Source of the DNA: an uncultured delta proteobacterium
Lineage (GTDB): Bacteria > Desulfobacterota > Binatia > Binatales > Binataceae
Direction: 5' to 3'
Assembly (NCBI GenBank): GCA_963771325.1
Contig: CAVYTJ010000004.1
Coordinates: forward strand, 28,740 to 92,739
DNA: 64,000 nt
The notes under the pieces were generated by a model. The model ran no database searches and was not told the origin of the DNA. It saw only the letters and a program-made list of their open reading frames with translations. Position 1 is the stretch's first letter. Each line of letters starts with the position of its first letter. Position numbers and translations under genes: made by a program. Positions 52,507 to 62,793 of this stretch are shown here, piece by piece.

Positions 52507-53589
52507 CTAGCGAAACGCCGGAAGGACCATCTCCGCCATGTCGCGGAACACCTTGCGCTGGTAATCCGCCGGCGGCAGCATCGTGAGTTCCTTGATGCCG
52601 GCCTTCTCCAGCTCGCGCACGCGATGGATGATTTCTTCGGGCGTGCCCACGATACAGACCCCCGCGATCGCCTCGGGCGTGATGAAGCGCCGCTCCTCGG
52701 GCACCAGGAAGGTGCAGTGGCCTTCATGGATCTGCCGAAAGCGCGCGGTCTCGGGCAGGCTGTAGTTTTTCACCCGCTTCACATAGTCGTCCCAGATGTT
52801 GGTGAAGAACGGCGGAATCAGTTCATCCTTCTCGCCGCGCTGTTTCCAGATCTCGTAGGCGAAATGGATCGTGCACGCCACCTGCGAGCCAGTCTCGTTG
52901 ACGACTCGTTCGTCGCTCAGCTTTTCCCCGGGCCGCAGGACGCACGCGGTGGTCAGACAACTGGTGTAAAAGTCCGGACCGATTTTGCGCCCGGCCTCTT
53001 TCGCGCCGGCCTCGACCAACTGCATCGAGCGGCGAAAATCCTCGGGGCTGCCGGTTACCGTGATCCAGCCGTCGCCGTACTCGCCGGTCGCGCGCAACGC
53101 CTTGGGACCGTTGGCCGCGATGTAGATCGGGATGGGCTGGTCGAGATTGATGAAGTAGCGGTCGCGATGGAGAAATTTTATCTCGCGCGTTTTGCCGGCG
53201 TAGGTGTAATCGACTTCCTTGCCCTCGAGCAGCGCGCGCACCACGCGCAGGTACTCGCGGAACTCGCGCGGCGGCATCGGATCCTGCCCCATCACGCGCA
53301 TCGCGGTATGGCCGGTGCCGATGCCGAGAAAGACGCGGCCCGGCGCGAGTTGCGCGATGCTCGCGATGGAGTGCGCGGTCACCGGCGCTATCCGGGTGCC
53401 GGGAATTGCGACCCCGGTGCCGATCCTGATGCGCTTGGTATTGACCGCCGCCAGCGCCAGCGTGGCGTAGCAATCCGACCAGATCATCTGCGAATCGGGA
53501 ACCCAGCCGCTATCGTAGCCAAGCTCCTCCGCGTAACGGATCAGTTCCCACTTATCGATGTGGGTGTCGAACATGATTCCGAATTTCAT
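52507..53589 (-). CDS. LLM-class flavin/F420-dependent oxidoreductase
   Basis: MKFGIMFDTHIDKWELIRYAEELGYDSGWVPDSQMIW…LGIGTGHTAMR…; 360-aa luciferase-like TIM barrel. Confidence 0.85.
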   Translation of the reverse strand: MKFGIMFDTHIDKWELIRYAEELGYDSGWVPDSQMIWSDCYATLALAAVNTKRIRIGTGVAIPGTRIAPVTAHSIASIAQLAPGRVFLGIGTGHTAMRVMGQDPMPPREFREYLRVVRALLEGKEVDYTYAGKTREIKFLHRDRYFINLDQPIPIYIAANGPKALRATGEYGDGWITVTGSPEDFRRSMQLVEAGAKEAGRKIGPDFYTSCLTTACVLRPGEKLSDERVVNETGSQVACTIHFAYEIWKQRGEKDELIPPFFTNIWDDYVKRVKNYSLPETARFRQIHEGHCTFLVPEERRFITPEAIAGVCIVGTPEEIIHRVRELEKAGIKELTMLPPADYQRKVFRDMAEMVLPAFR

Positions 53590-53735
53590 CGACGCACCTC
53601 TCTCTTTTTGTGCGACCGGCGCCGAGCGGCCGATCGGCGCGAAGTCTTATGTATGAAGCCTTATGTACAATGTTTCGGCGCGAGCGCAAACCCTGCTGCG
53701 CGTCGGCGGGTGATGCTATCGATGCCCGGATCACT

Positions 53736-54332
53736 CTAGCGCGGGAGCGACAATCCGGCCTCGACGAGCCTTTGCTCGAGTATCGGCAGCCGATCGTGCC
53801 CCCAAAACGGCTCGCGCTCGAAGAAGAATAACGGCACGCCGAAGACGTTGTCAGCCGCTGCTTCTTCCTGCGCCGTCGCGTAGGCCCGCGCACCCTCGCC
53901 GCTTAAGTATTCGCGGTACTCGGCGCCGGAAAGCCCCAGGGTCGCGAGCAGCGCGGCAACCGCCTCGGGATCGTCGGCCTCGAACTCGCGGCGGAAAAAC
54001 AATTCGTAGGCCTTGCGGCTATATTCCAGCAGCAGGCCCTTCGATTCGGCGAACAGGCCGCCGATGAGCGCGGGAGCCGTATCGTAAACCTTCTGCGGCG
54101 CGCGGATCAGAATGCCGCGCGGCTTGGCCCAGCGGCGCGCGTCGAGGTAGGAGTACTTCGCCTTGTAGTCGGAGTAGACGCTGCGCTGGCCGCGATCCTT
54201 GATCCGGAGCTGGAACGGAATCCATCGCACGCGCACGGCGAACCGCTCCTGGAGCGCGAATGCCGGATCGAAGGCGAGGTACGCGAAGGGACTCTTGTAG
54301 TCCGAGTACATCTTGATTTCTTTGGGTTCCAT
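53736..54332 (-). CDS. 2-hydroxychromene-2-carboxylate isomerase / DsbA-like thioredoxin-fold protein
   Basis: 198 aa; N-terminus MYSDYKSPFAYLAF and a C-terminal …VFGVPLFFFEREPFWGHDRL typical of the HCCA isomerase family. Confidence 0.7.
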   Translation of the reverse strand: MEPKEIKMYSDYKSPFAYLAFDPAFALQERFAVRVRWIPFQLRIKDRGQRSVYSDYKAKYSYLDARRWAKPRGILIRAPQKVYDTAPALIGGLFAESKGLLLEYSRKAYELFFRREFEADDPEAVAALLATLGLSGAEYREYLSGEGARAYATAQEEAAADNVFGVPLFFFEREPFWGHDRLPILEQRLVEAGLSLPR

Positions 54333-54357
54333 CGCGAATCTCCATTTTCGCCGCCGC

Positions 54358-57243
54358 TTATGGCTTGCGGTTCAGCAACTGCGCGAGATGGAGCGGCCGG
54401 CGTTCGGGGCAGAAATGGCGAATCTGGGTGCGGCAGGCAAAGCCGTCGGCGACGATCATCGTCTCGGGCGCGCTCTGGCGCACCGCGGGAATCAGCACCC
54501 GCTCCGCGATCGCGCGCGACACCTCGAAGCGCTCCGCGCCGTAACCGAACGGCCCCGCCATCCCGCAGCATCCCGCGTCCGGCGCCTCGACTTTGAGCCC
54601 GCCGATCCCGCCCAGGATAGCCATCTCGCTCTTCATCCCGGCGAGCGACTTCTGATGACAGTGCCCGTGCACCAGCGCGCGCCCCTTAAGCATCGGCGCG
54701 GCGAAGCCCGGCGCTTCGCGCGAGAGAAATTCGTCGAGCAGCATCGCACGAGCCGCGAGCGTGGCGGCGCGCGGGTCGGCGGGGAAGAGACTCGGCAACT
54801 CGTCGCGAAAGGTGAGCAGGCAGCTCGGCTCGAGCCCGACCAGCGCCGCGCCGCGCTCGAGCAGGGGCGCCAGCGTGTCCCTCGCCTGCTCCAGGCGCCA
54901 GCGCGCGCGATCGAACATCCCGGCGTCATACAACGGCCGCCCGCAGCACAGATCGTCCGGCGGAACCACGACCCTGAAGCCCGCGCGCTCCAGCACCTCG
55001 GTCGCCGCGATTGCGACCTCGGGCTCGAAAAAGTTGTTGAAGGTGTCGGGAAAGAGCACGACCTCGCGCGTGTTCGTGTCGACAGCGCCGCCGCGTCCGT
55101 CGGCGGCGCCGCCGCGCCGGGCGAACCACGAACGAAATGTCCGCGCGGCAAAGCGCGGCAGCTCGCGGGCGGGATGGACCTTCAATATGCGCCGCGCGAT
55201 CGCTCCAAAGACGGGCGCATGCGAGAGTGCGTTGGCCAGATGCGGTGCGGCGGCGCCGATCCTCGCGAGCTCGTGGATGCGCGCGAAGAAGCGCACGTCG
55301 CGCGGGCGGCGGTGGTGCTGGTAGTACTGCGCGAAAAACTCCGCCTTGTAAGCCGCCATATCGATCGCCGCCGGGCACTCGGTCTTGCATGCTTTGCATG
55401 ACAGGCAAAGTTCAAGTGTTTCTTTAAGTGCCGGATTGGTGAGTCCGCCTTCGAGCAGCCCGTTGCCGCTCAGCGCCTCCCACAGCAGATGAGCGCGGCC
55501 GCGCGTCGAATGCGCCTCTTCGCGCGTCGCCATGTACGACGGGCACATCGTGCCGGCGTCGCTCTTGCGGCATTTGCCGATCCCCACGCACTTAAGGGCC
55601 GCGCCCGCAAGCCCGCCCTCGGCAGCAAAATCGAAATGCGTCTCGGGCTCTGCCGGGCGATAGGACGGCGTTACCCGCAGATGGGAATCGAGCGGATGGG
55701 GCGCGACGATCACGCCCGGGTTCATCATCGAGTCAGGGTCGAAGATGCGCTTGAACTCGGCGAAGGTCTCGATCATCTGCGCCCCGAACATCCTGGGCAA
55801 AAGTTCCGAGCGCGCAAGGCCGTCGCCATGCTCGCCCGAGAGCGAGCCGCCGAACTCGGTCACCAGGTCACCAATCTCGAGCATCGCGGCGCGAAACGTC
55901 TCGACCCCTTTGGTTGTTGTGAAATCGAAGTTCACCCGGCAGTGGACGCAGCCCTCGCCGAAGTGGCCGTAGTAGGTCGCCGCCGCGAGGTTGTGCCGGT
56001 CGAGCAGCCGCACGAAACGGCGCAGATAGTCGCCCAGGCGCGCCGGCGGCACCGCGGTGTCCTCGGCGCCCGGCCAGGTACGCGGATGGCCCGGGATGAG
56101 CGCGCCGGCGCCGAGCCCCGACTCGCGCAGGCTCCAGACTGCGCGCTGCTCCGCGGCGGCAAAGAGCGGCGCGACCCCCGCGCACGCGCGTACCCGCCGC
56201 GCCTCCGTCGTCAGCCGCTCGGCCGCCGCCAGCGCGTCGTCGGCGCTGTCGGCGCCAAGCTCGACGATCAGGAACGCGCGGCCGTTGGGCAGCAGCCGCA
56301 CCGCGTCGAGCCCCTTGGCGCGCGCGAAGTCGGGCAGATGATGGTCGAAGCCCTCCAGCGCCTGCGGGCGATGCTCTAAAATCCATGGCACCTGATCGGC
56401 GGCGAGGTAGACGTCGTCGAAGCCGAGCACCACCAGCGCGAGCCGGCGCGGACGCGGCACCAGCCTGAGCGTCGCGGCGAGCGTGACGCCAAGCGTCCCC
56501 TCCGAGCCGACCAGCGCTCGCGCCAGATTGTGCCCGCGCTCGGGCAGAAGCTCGTCGAGGTTGTAGCCGGAGACGCGGCGCGGAATTTTCGGATAGCGCC
56601 GCCGAATCTCGTCGGCCGAGCGCTCGGCGAGCGCGCGTGTCGCGGCATAAACCTCGCCCTCGCGCCCACCGCGCACCGCGGCGGCGAAGATTTCGCCCTC
56701 GCCCCCCGCGCCGGGCGCGAGCCGGGTGCCGTCGTAGAGCGCGACTTCAAGCGCTTCGACGTTGTCGACGGTCTTGCCGTGCGCGGCCGAGTGAGCGCCG
56801 CAGGAGTTGTTGCCGATCATCCCGCCGATCGTGCAGCGGTCCTTGGTGGATGGATCGGGCGCGAAGAACAAACCCTCCGGCGCGACCGCCGCGTTGAGCT
56901 GCGCCTGCACCACGCCCGGCTCGACCACCGCGAGGCCGCGTTTGGCGTCGATACGGCGAATCGAATTCATGTACTTGGAGAAGTCGAGCACGATCGCCGC
57001 GTTGCAGGTCTGGCCGGCGAGTGCTGTGCCGCCGCCGCGCGCGAGAATCGGGAGGCGGTTCTCGCGCGCCAGCGCTAGCGTGCGAATCACGTCGCCCTCG
57101 TGGCGGGGAATCACGACCCCCAGCGGAACTTGCCGGTAGACCGAGGCGTCGGCGGCGTAGAGCGCGAGCGCCGCGTTGTCGGCGCGCACCTCGCCGTCGA
57201 TCGAGCGGCGGAGTTCATCCCATAGCGTGTTCGGTACAGTCAT
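54358..57243 (-). CDS. YdiJ-like FAD-linked oxidase fused to Fe-S / CCG-domain oxidoreductase (GlcD+GlcF-like)
   Basis: About 960 aa. N-terminal FAD_binding_4 (…ILARGGGTALAGQ…), a central 4Fe-4S dicluster (CLSCKACKTECPAAIDM), and C-terminal Cys-rich CCG repeats (CCGRPL…; CCGMAGPFG). ATG MTVPNTLW at 57243; the longest ORF starts at 57333. Confidence 0.8.
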   Translation of the reverse strand: MTVPNTLWDELRRSIDGEVRADNAALALYAADASVYRQVPLGVVIPRHEGDVIRTLALARENRLPILARGGGTALAGQTCNAAIVLDFSKYMNSIRRIDAKRGLAVVEPGVVQAQLNAAVAPEGLFFAPDPSTKDRCTIGGMIGNNSCGAHSAAHGKTVDNVEALEVALYDGTRLAPGAGGEGEIFAAAVRGGREGEVYAATRALAERSADEIRRRYPKIPRRVSGYNLDELLPERGHNLARALVGSEGTLGVTLAATLRLVPRPRRLALVVLGFDDVYLAADQVPWILEHRPQALEGFDHHLPDFARAKGLDAVRLLPNGRAFLIVELGADSADDALAAAERLTTEARRVRACAGVAPLFAAAEQRAVWSLRESGLGAGALIPGHPRTWPGAEDTAVPPARLGDYLRRFVRLLDRHNLAAATYYGHFGEGCVHCRVNFDFTTTKGVETFRAAMLEIGDLVTEFGGSLSGEHGDGLARSELLPRMFGAQMIETFAEFKRIFDPDSMMNPGVIVAPHPLDSHLRVTPSYRPAEPETHFDFAAEGGLAGAALKCVGIGKCRKSDAGTMCPSYMATREEAHSTRGRAHLLWEALSGNGLLEGGLTNPALKETLELCLSCKACKTECPAAIDMAAYKAEFFAQYYQHHRRPRDVRFFARIHELARIGAAAPHLANALSHAPVFGAIARRILKVHPARELPRFAARTFRSWFARRGGAADGRGGAVDTNTREVVLFPDTFNNFFEPEVAIAATEVLERAGFRVVVPPDDLCCGRPLYDAGMFDRARWRLEQARDTLAPLLERGAALVGLEPSCLLTFRDELPSLFPADPRAATLAARAMLLDEFLSREAPGFAAPMLKGRALVHGHCHQKSLAGMKSEMAILGGIGGLKVEAPDAGCCGMAGPFGYGAERFEVSRAIAERVLIPAVRQSAPETMIVADGFACRTQIRHFCPERRPLHLAQLLNRKP

Positions 57244-57433
57244 GACGAAAGAGAGCCTGACCCGCGGTTCGCGCCCGCGCGATTGTATTTGATCTTGAGG
57301 GCCGGCAGGTAGCGCGCGACGCAGGCGCGCCACCCCGGATGACGAAACAGCAATTTAATCTGCGGAAGAAGCCGGCGAAACAATCCTGGCCTAGATTTCT
57401 CTCGCGATTTTATCGCGGGAGGATTTATCAAAA

Positions 57434-59141
57434 ATGACAGCGAAAATCTCAAACAAACGACGGCATTCGAGCGCCTTTGCGCGCCGGCTAATCCTGGTTT
57501 CGTTCCTTGCGCTTGTGGGCAGTTTCACAGCTTACGCGCAAAACGGCAGCGTCTACTTCAATCCGGGCAACCTGGTGGTTAGCCGCAGCGTGTACGACAA
57601 CAATCCAAACACTCTCCGGTGGGGGTGACCAACTCCCGCCAAACTGCCAACCTACTCAGGCTCCTGCAGCCAGCCCCGCCCACCACAGCGATAGCTGACG
57701 GGACGTACCCATCCGTCTGGAACAATGACTCCGTCGACGGCAGTTTCGGGATCACATCGAAGATATTTCTCGACCAGATCGCTCCGGACGGCACGCTGCT
57801 GACCTCGCTGGAAGTGCCGAATAGCTCTCAAAATGGAGTTCCGCCGACCAAGGATCAGATGGTCACCAGCTTTAGCTCGAAATCGGAGTTGGCGCTCAAT
57901 CTCTCGTCCGACGGTAGCTATCTGACTTTCATGGGCTACCTCGCGCCGATCGACGCGATCGACGTATCCAACGCCAATACGCCGGGCGTGGTCGACCCGA
58001 CCAATCCGGTGGGCGAAAATGTCTTCCGCGTAGTCGCGCAGGTCAATGCGAAGGGACAGTCCGAGACCAACGCTTACAGCGGCAACAACGGCCGTGCGGC
58101 AATTCTGAACAACACCGCTGGCGCGAATTTTCTTTACACCGCCGGTAATGCCGGCAACGGCGGCAATCCTCAACCAGACGGCATCATTCTCGGCGCGGGC
58201 GAGCAATTTATTGAGCCGCAGGTCAAATCATTGGTCGCGCAAAACCCGGGAGTCCTACGCCCGTCGGTAGCTTCAACATTACGCAACTATGCGACAAGGC
58301 TGATAAGATTGGCAAAGACACCAACTTCCGCGGCCTCACGACCTTCAATAACGTCCTCTATACCACCAAGGGCAGTGGCGGCAACGGCATCAATACCGTT
58401 TACTTCATTGATACCACCGGCAAGGCTTGCCCCACCGGTGCCAACCCGTGCGTTCCTGGCGGCGTCGGCCTTCCTGAAAGTTCCGCAACCCTGCCGACCG
58501 CGGGGATTCCTTATGACCCATCGCTCCTGCAGACGGACGGCGTGGTTCCCTACAACATGTGCATCCTGAACGGCTTCAACCAAGTACTCGCCAAAACCAC
58601 TACAGATGTCTTCCCTTTTGGCGTTTGGTTTGCGAACGCCAACACTCTGTACGTTGCCGACGAAGGCAACGGCGACAACACCAATACCACGGCCACCAGC
58701 ACCGACAATGGAACCTACACGAATGCCGCGGCCCAGACGAAGGCAGGACTACAGAAATGGGTATTGGAGTCGGGCGTGTGGAAAAACGTCTATACTTTGC
58801 AGGCGGGGCTCAACCTCGGCACGCCCTATATCGTGCCTGGCTATCCGACTGGACTTAATGCCGCAACTGGACTTCCCTGGGCGCCGGCTACCGACGGTCT
58901 TCGCAACATCACCGGCGTCGTAAACCAGGACGGCACCGCGACCATCTATGCGATAACCTCCACGGTGAGTGGAAATGGCGACCAGGGCGCGGATCCGAAT
59001 CAGCTCGTCGTGATCACTGATAGCTTAAGTGCCGCGGGACCTACACCCCCGGTTGGAGAGAGCTTCACAACCCTGAAGTCGGCAGGCAACCTGGAAGTTC
59101 TGCGAGGCGTTTCCTTCACGCCCGGTACCGTCACGCCATAG
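57434..59141 (+). CDS. secreted Asn/Thr/Gly-rich protein (putative cell-surface/adhesin-like), disrupted by two 1-nt frameshifts near 57625 and 58247
   Basis: Signal peptide MTAKISNKRRHSSAFARRLILVSFLALVGSFTAYA|QNG. Three consecutive ORFs in frames 2, 1 and 3 (57434-57628, 57619-58569, 58542-59141) each carry protein-like sequence right up to the junctions. The junctions lie at ctccggtggggg and aaaacccggg. Confidence 0.7.
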
Positions 59142-59175
59142 GGACCGCGCAACAAGCGAAGAGCGCATAATAACG

Positions 59176-59211
59176 TGCGGCCGCGAGCGCCAAAAGCGCT
59201 CGCGGCCGCAC
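59176..59211. terminator. bidirectional Rho-independent terminator (perfect 16-bp inverted repeat, 5-nt loop)
   Basis: gtgcggccgcgagcgc-caaaa-gcgctcgcggccgcac lies between convergent genes and is followed by a T-rich tract ttatggtttctctttctc. Confidence 0.75.
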
Positions 59212-59286
59212 TTATGGTTTCTCTTTCTCGGATGGTCGCGATTCGGATATTCGGAATTCGCGCGTCCGATCCGCGACGCCTCTTTA

Positions 59287-60327
59287 CTATGCCGGCAGCA
59301 TCACGATCTTGCCCGCGACCGCGTTGGTTTCCATCAGGTCCTGCGCTCGGGCGAGTTCCTTGAGCTCCATCGTGCGGTCGACGACCGGTTTGATCAGGCC
59401 GCGCTCCACGAAGCGCATCGCCTCGATCAGCTCGCCCTTGTTGCCGAGATGCGAGCCCAGGTAGTTCTGCTGCTTGTTCCACAACAGCCGGATGTCCATG
59501 TGGGCGTCGAAACCGGAAGTGGCGCCGCAGGTGACGATCGTGCCGCCCCACTTCAGGCACTGCATCGAGATGGGCCAGGTGTCGGCGCCGGTGTGCTCGA
59601 ACACGATATCGGCCCGGCGGCCGTCGGTGATGCGGCGGACCTCGGAGAAAATGTCGTCGCGCCTGCGGTTGAGCGTGAATTCGGCCCCGAGCTTGCGCGC
59701 CAGGTCGAGCTTCTCGTCGCTGGAGGCGACCGCGATCGGCCGCGCGTTGAACAGTTTGGCGATCTGGATCGCCATCACGCCCAATCCGCCACTCGCGCCC
59801 CAGACCAGCACGAAGTCGCCGGCCTGCACGTGCGCCCGCGACACCAGCATCCGCCACACCGTGACCAGCACCAGCGGCATCGAGGCCGCCTCCTCCCAGG
59901 TGAGGTTTTTGGGTTTGGCGATCACGTTGACCGCCGGCACCTTGCAATACTCGCCATGCGCGCCGTCGAGCGGGCCGGTCTGAAAGCCCCAGATCTTGAA
60001 GTCATGGCAGAAGAACTCTTCGCCGCGGGTGCAGTAGTAGCAATGGCGGCAGGCGATGCCGCAGTGGACCACCACCTCGTCGCCGAGCGCGACGTCGTGC
60101 ACCTCGCTCCCGCGAGCCACCACTACGCCGGCCGCGTCGGAACCCGAAATGTGCGGCATCAGAATTTTCATTCCGGGCAGTCCGCGGCGGGCCCAGATGT
60201 CGTTGAAATTGCACGCAGATGCCTTGACCTTGAGCACGACCTCGTTGGGGCCGGGTTTGGGTTCGGCAGTATCCTTGTACTGTAAGACCTCGAGGCCCCC
60301 GTTGCGCTCGAAAACAATGGCTTTCAT
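59287..60327 (-). CDS. zinc-dependent alcohol dehydrogenase family (MDR) oxidoreductase
   Basis: MKAIVFERNGGLEVLQYKDTAEPKPGPNEVVLKVKASACNFNDIW…, structural-Zn Cys cluster CRHCYYCTRGEEFFC, and NAD(P) motif GASGGLG. Confidence 0.85.
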   Translation of the reverse strand: MKAIVFERNGGLEVLQYKDTAEPKPGPNEVVLKVKASACNFNDIWARRGLPGMKILMPHISGSDAAGVVVARGSEVHDVALGDEVVVHCGIACRHCYYCTRGEEFFCHDFKIWGFQTGPLDGAHGEYCKVPAVNVIAKPKNLTWEEAASMPLVLVTVWRMLVSRAHVQAGDFVLVWGASGGLGVMAIQIAKLFNARPIAVASSDEKLDLARKLGAEFTLNRRRDDIFSEVRRITDGRRADIVFEHTGADTWPISMQCLKWGGTIVTCGATSGFDAHMDIRLLWNKQQNYLGSHLGNKGELIEAMRFVERGLIKPVVDRTMELKELARAQDLMETNAVAGKIVMLPA

Positions 60328-60753
60328 TAGATTTTGTTTCCCTATGCCGCCCCGCGCGCGTGCGGGCGTGCGCAATTAGCTATACGTTTAGAGAATTCTT
60401 CGCAACCATTCGTGTGATTGAACGGCTTGCGGTCCTCTCCGACTTCGGTCCGGTTGACGACGGTTTATCAATCCCGTAAAACCCATGCGAATCAGACGGT
60501 TTTTTCCGGGTTGAGTGAAAGCCGCCACTTCGCCAGTTGGGCCGTCCCGACAGGTCAGGCGCTCATCCATTATTCGCCCTCCGGGCAGTGGAACAGCAAT
60601 TGCGATGCCAAAAGCAGTTTGTGTCTTTGCGACGCCATACGTGTTGGCCAGCGTAGTTTCCGCTGCAATACAGAGGGTCGCTACGCAAACTTAACGCTAA
60701 AGACGGAAAAAAAGTAAAAAGGTAAAAATGATTGTCGGTGGAGAGAACTAACC

Positions 60754-61791
60754 ATGTACGTACTCGATAATGGCACCCGCTTCGTCATCCCGCGCACGGA
60801 GATGACCTATCCCGGCCACAACATGAAGCTCCATCAGACTGCCGCCGACCCCGTCAAGGCGCCGGTCGACCATGTGATGGCGGATTTCGAGGACGCCTGC
60901 CCCTACGAGTTCAAAGGCCCCAAAAGCCACAAGGTGATGGTCGAGGCGCTCAACACGCTCGACTTCGGCCGCAAGGTGGTCACGGTGCGTCCCAACAATA
61001 TCCATTCGCCGTTTTTCAAGGGCGACATGGAAGCTATCGTGCTGGGCGCGCCCAACCGCTTCCACGGCATCATGCTGCCCAAGACGCGCGGCCCCGAGGA
61101 AATCCGCGAGGTCGCGCGCTTGCTGGATGACCTCGAGCAGCGCGGCGGATGGAAGTACAAGATCCAGATCGAATCGCTGGTCGAGACACCGCAGGCGCTG
61201 GTCAAGGCCTTCGAGATCGCGACCGCCTCCGACCGCATGTGCGGGCTGGTCTTCGGCATCGCCGACTTCGCCGCCAACCTCGGCGTGCGCGAGATCGTCG
61301 AGAACCAGAACCAGAACTTCCACTACGCCAAGCAATCGATGGTGGTCGCGGCCAAGGCTGCCGGGTTGCACGCGATCGACAACGTCTACCTGAGGCTGTG
61401 GCGCAAGGAGGATTCGCCGGCGAAGGTGGCCGAGCTGCAGCGCGGGCTCCGCGAGAAGAACGTCGGCGCCGCCAACCTCGGGATGGACGGCACCTGGGTC
61501 ATCCATCCGCAGCAGGCCGAAATAGCCAACGCCTGCTATACGCCAAGCGCCGAGCAGGTCGAAGACGCGCGCCGCGTGGTGACGCTCTACCACGAGAAGG
61601 GCGGCGGCTCGATGGCGGATCCCAAGAGCGGCGAGATGATCGACGAGGCGACTATCAAGATCGCGCTGATGGACCTCGCCAAGGGTGCGCAGGCCGGGAT
61701 CGTCAGCGAAAAAGAGCTCAAGGAATGGTCCGAGAAGAGCCGCTCGATCACCGGCTACGACATCCTGGAGTTCATGCGCCGCGTGGTGTAG
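60754..61791 (+). CDS. HpcH/HpaI aldolase / citrate-lyase beta (CitE)-like acyl-CoA lyase (malyl-CoA/citramalyl-CoA lyase family)
   Basis: 345-aa TIM barrel. …ADFEDACPYEFKG… (Mg/substrate site) and …IESLVETPQALVKAFEIA…GLVFGIADFAANLG… are typical of the CitE/Mcl family. Confidence 0.7.
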   Translation: MYVLDNGTRFVIPRTEMTYPGHNMKLHQTAADPVKAPVDHVMADFEDACPYEFKGPKSHKVMVEALNTLDFGRKVVTVRPNNIHSPFFKGDMEAIVLGAPNRFHGIMLPKTRGPEEIREVARLLDDLEQRGGWKYKIQIESLVETPQALVKAFEIATASDRMCGLVFGIADFAANLGVREIVENQNQNFHYAKQSMVVAAKAAGLHAIDNVYLRLWRKEDSPAKVAELQRGLREKNVGAANLGMDGTWVIHPQQAEIANACYTPSAEQVEDARRVVTLYHEKGGGSMADPKSGEMIDEATIKIALMDLAKGAQAGIVSEKELKEWSEKSRSITGYDILEFMRRVV

Positions 61792-61964
61792 CCCGCGCCG
61801 GACTGATCTCACGCCAAGCACGCGCGTGCGGCGATCTTGCCGCTGAAGATTCAACGCGCGCGCGGCCACCGCTGCGGGCCGGATGGCGGACTCCTTTCTT
61901 TTTCAGCGCACTCCTGTCAATTTTCGCTCGAACAGCCGGGAGATCCAGTACAGGAGGTCGAGTC

Positions 61965-62759
61965 ATGCAGTTTGAGAGTCAAGTCGTACTGGTAAGCGGA
62001 GCGGGGCGCGGAATCGGCAAAGAGATAGCGCTCGGCTTTGCGCGCGAGGGCGCCGATATCGGCTTCGCCGACGTCAACGAGGAAACGGCGCACACCACGG
62101 CCAATGAGATCAAAAAACTCGGGCGCCGCGTCTTCTTCAGCCGCGCCGACGTGAGTGACTACGGCCAAGTCCAACAATTCGTTGCGGGTGCGATGCGCGA
62201 GCTCGGCCGAATCGACGTGCTGATCAACAACGCCGGCATCGCCAAGCCGCAGCCGTTCCTGGAGATCACGCCCGAGAACTGGGAAAACCATCTGCGGATC
62301 CATCTTTTCGGCGCCTTCTATTGCTCGCAGGCGGCGGCGCGCGAGATGGCCAAGCGCAAGTACGGACGGATCGTTTCGATCGCCTCGGTGGCCGGCTTGA
62401 TGGGGCCGATCGACCTTGCGCCCTACGGCGTGGCTAAATCCGGGATCATCGGATTGACGCGCGCAATGGCCCTGGAGCTTGCCGACTACGGGATCACCGC
62501 CAATGCGATCGCACCGGGACCGATCGATACCGAAATGGTGCGCGCGGCCTGGAGCAAGGAAGCGCTCGAAGAGCGCGCCAACCATCTTCCCGTCCGCCGC
62601 CTCGGCAAGACCGAGGAAATTGCGCGCGTGGCGATGTTCCTCGCCGCGCCCGAGTCGGGCTACATCTCCGGCGCGACCCTGGTGGTCGACGGAGGATCGG
62701 TCGCGGCCGGCGCCTACATGGTCGAAAAGTATCGCCGACGCAAGGCCGGCCAAGGCTGA
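61965..62759 (+). CDS. SDR-family oxidoreductase
   Basis: VLVSGAGRGIGKEIA (TGxxxGxG), NNAG, and catalytic YGVAKSG (YxxxK). An AGGAGG RBS lies 6 nt upstream of the ATG at 61965. The 536-aa ORF from 61149 is an artefact of an open off-frame. Confidence 0.9.
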   Translation: MQFESQVVLVSGAGRGIGKEIALGFAREGADIGFADVNEETAHTTANEIKKLGRRVFFSRADVSDYGQVQQFVAGAMRELGRIDVLINNAGIAKPQPFLEITPENWENHLRIHLFGAFYCSQAAAREMAKRKYGRIVSIASVAGLMGPIDLAPYGVAKSGIIGLTRAMALELADYGITANAIAPGPIDTEMVRAAWSKEALEERANHLPVRRLGKTEEIARVAMFLAAPESGYISGATLVVDGGSVAAGAYMVEKYRRRKAGQG

Positions 62760-62793
62760 CACTTAGCTCGATGCCGCGGCTTAATGTCGCAAA

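Noticed and set aside
61149-62759. 536-aa plus-strand ORF spanning the lyase and SDR genes
   Set aside because: The first about 270 codons are Arg/Gly/Asp-rich junk overlapping the real CitE-like gene in another frame. A genuine ATG with an AGGAGG RBS at 61965 starts the SDR.
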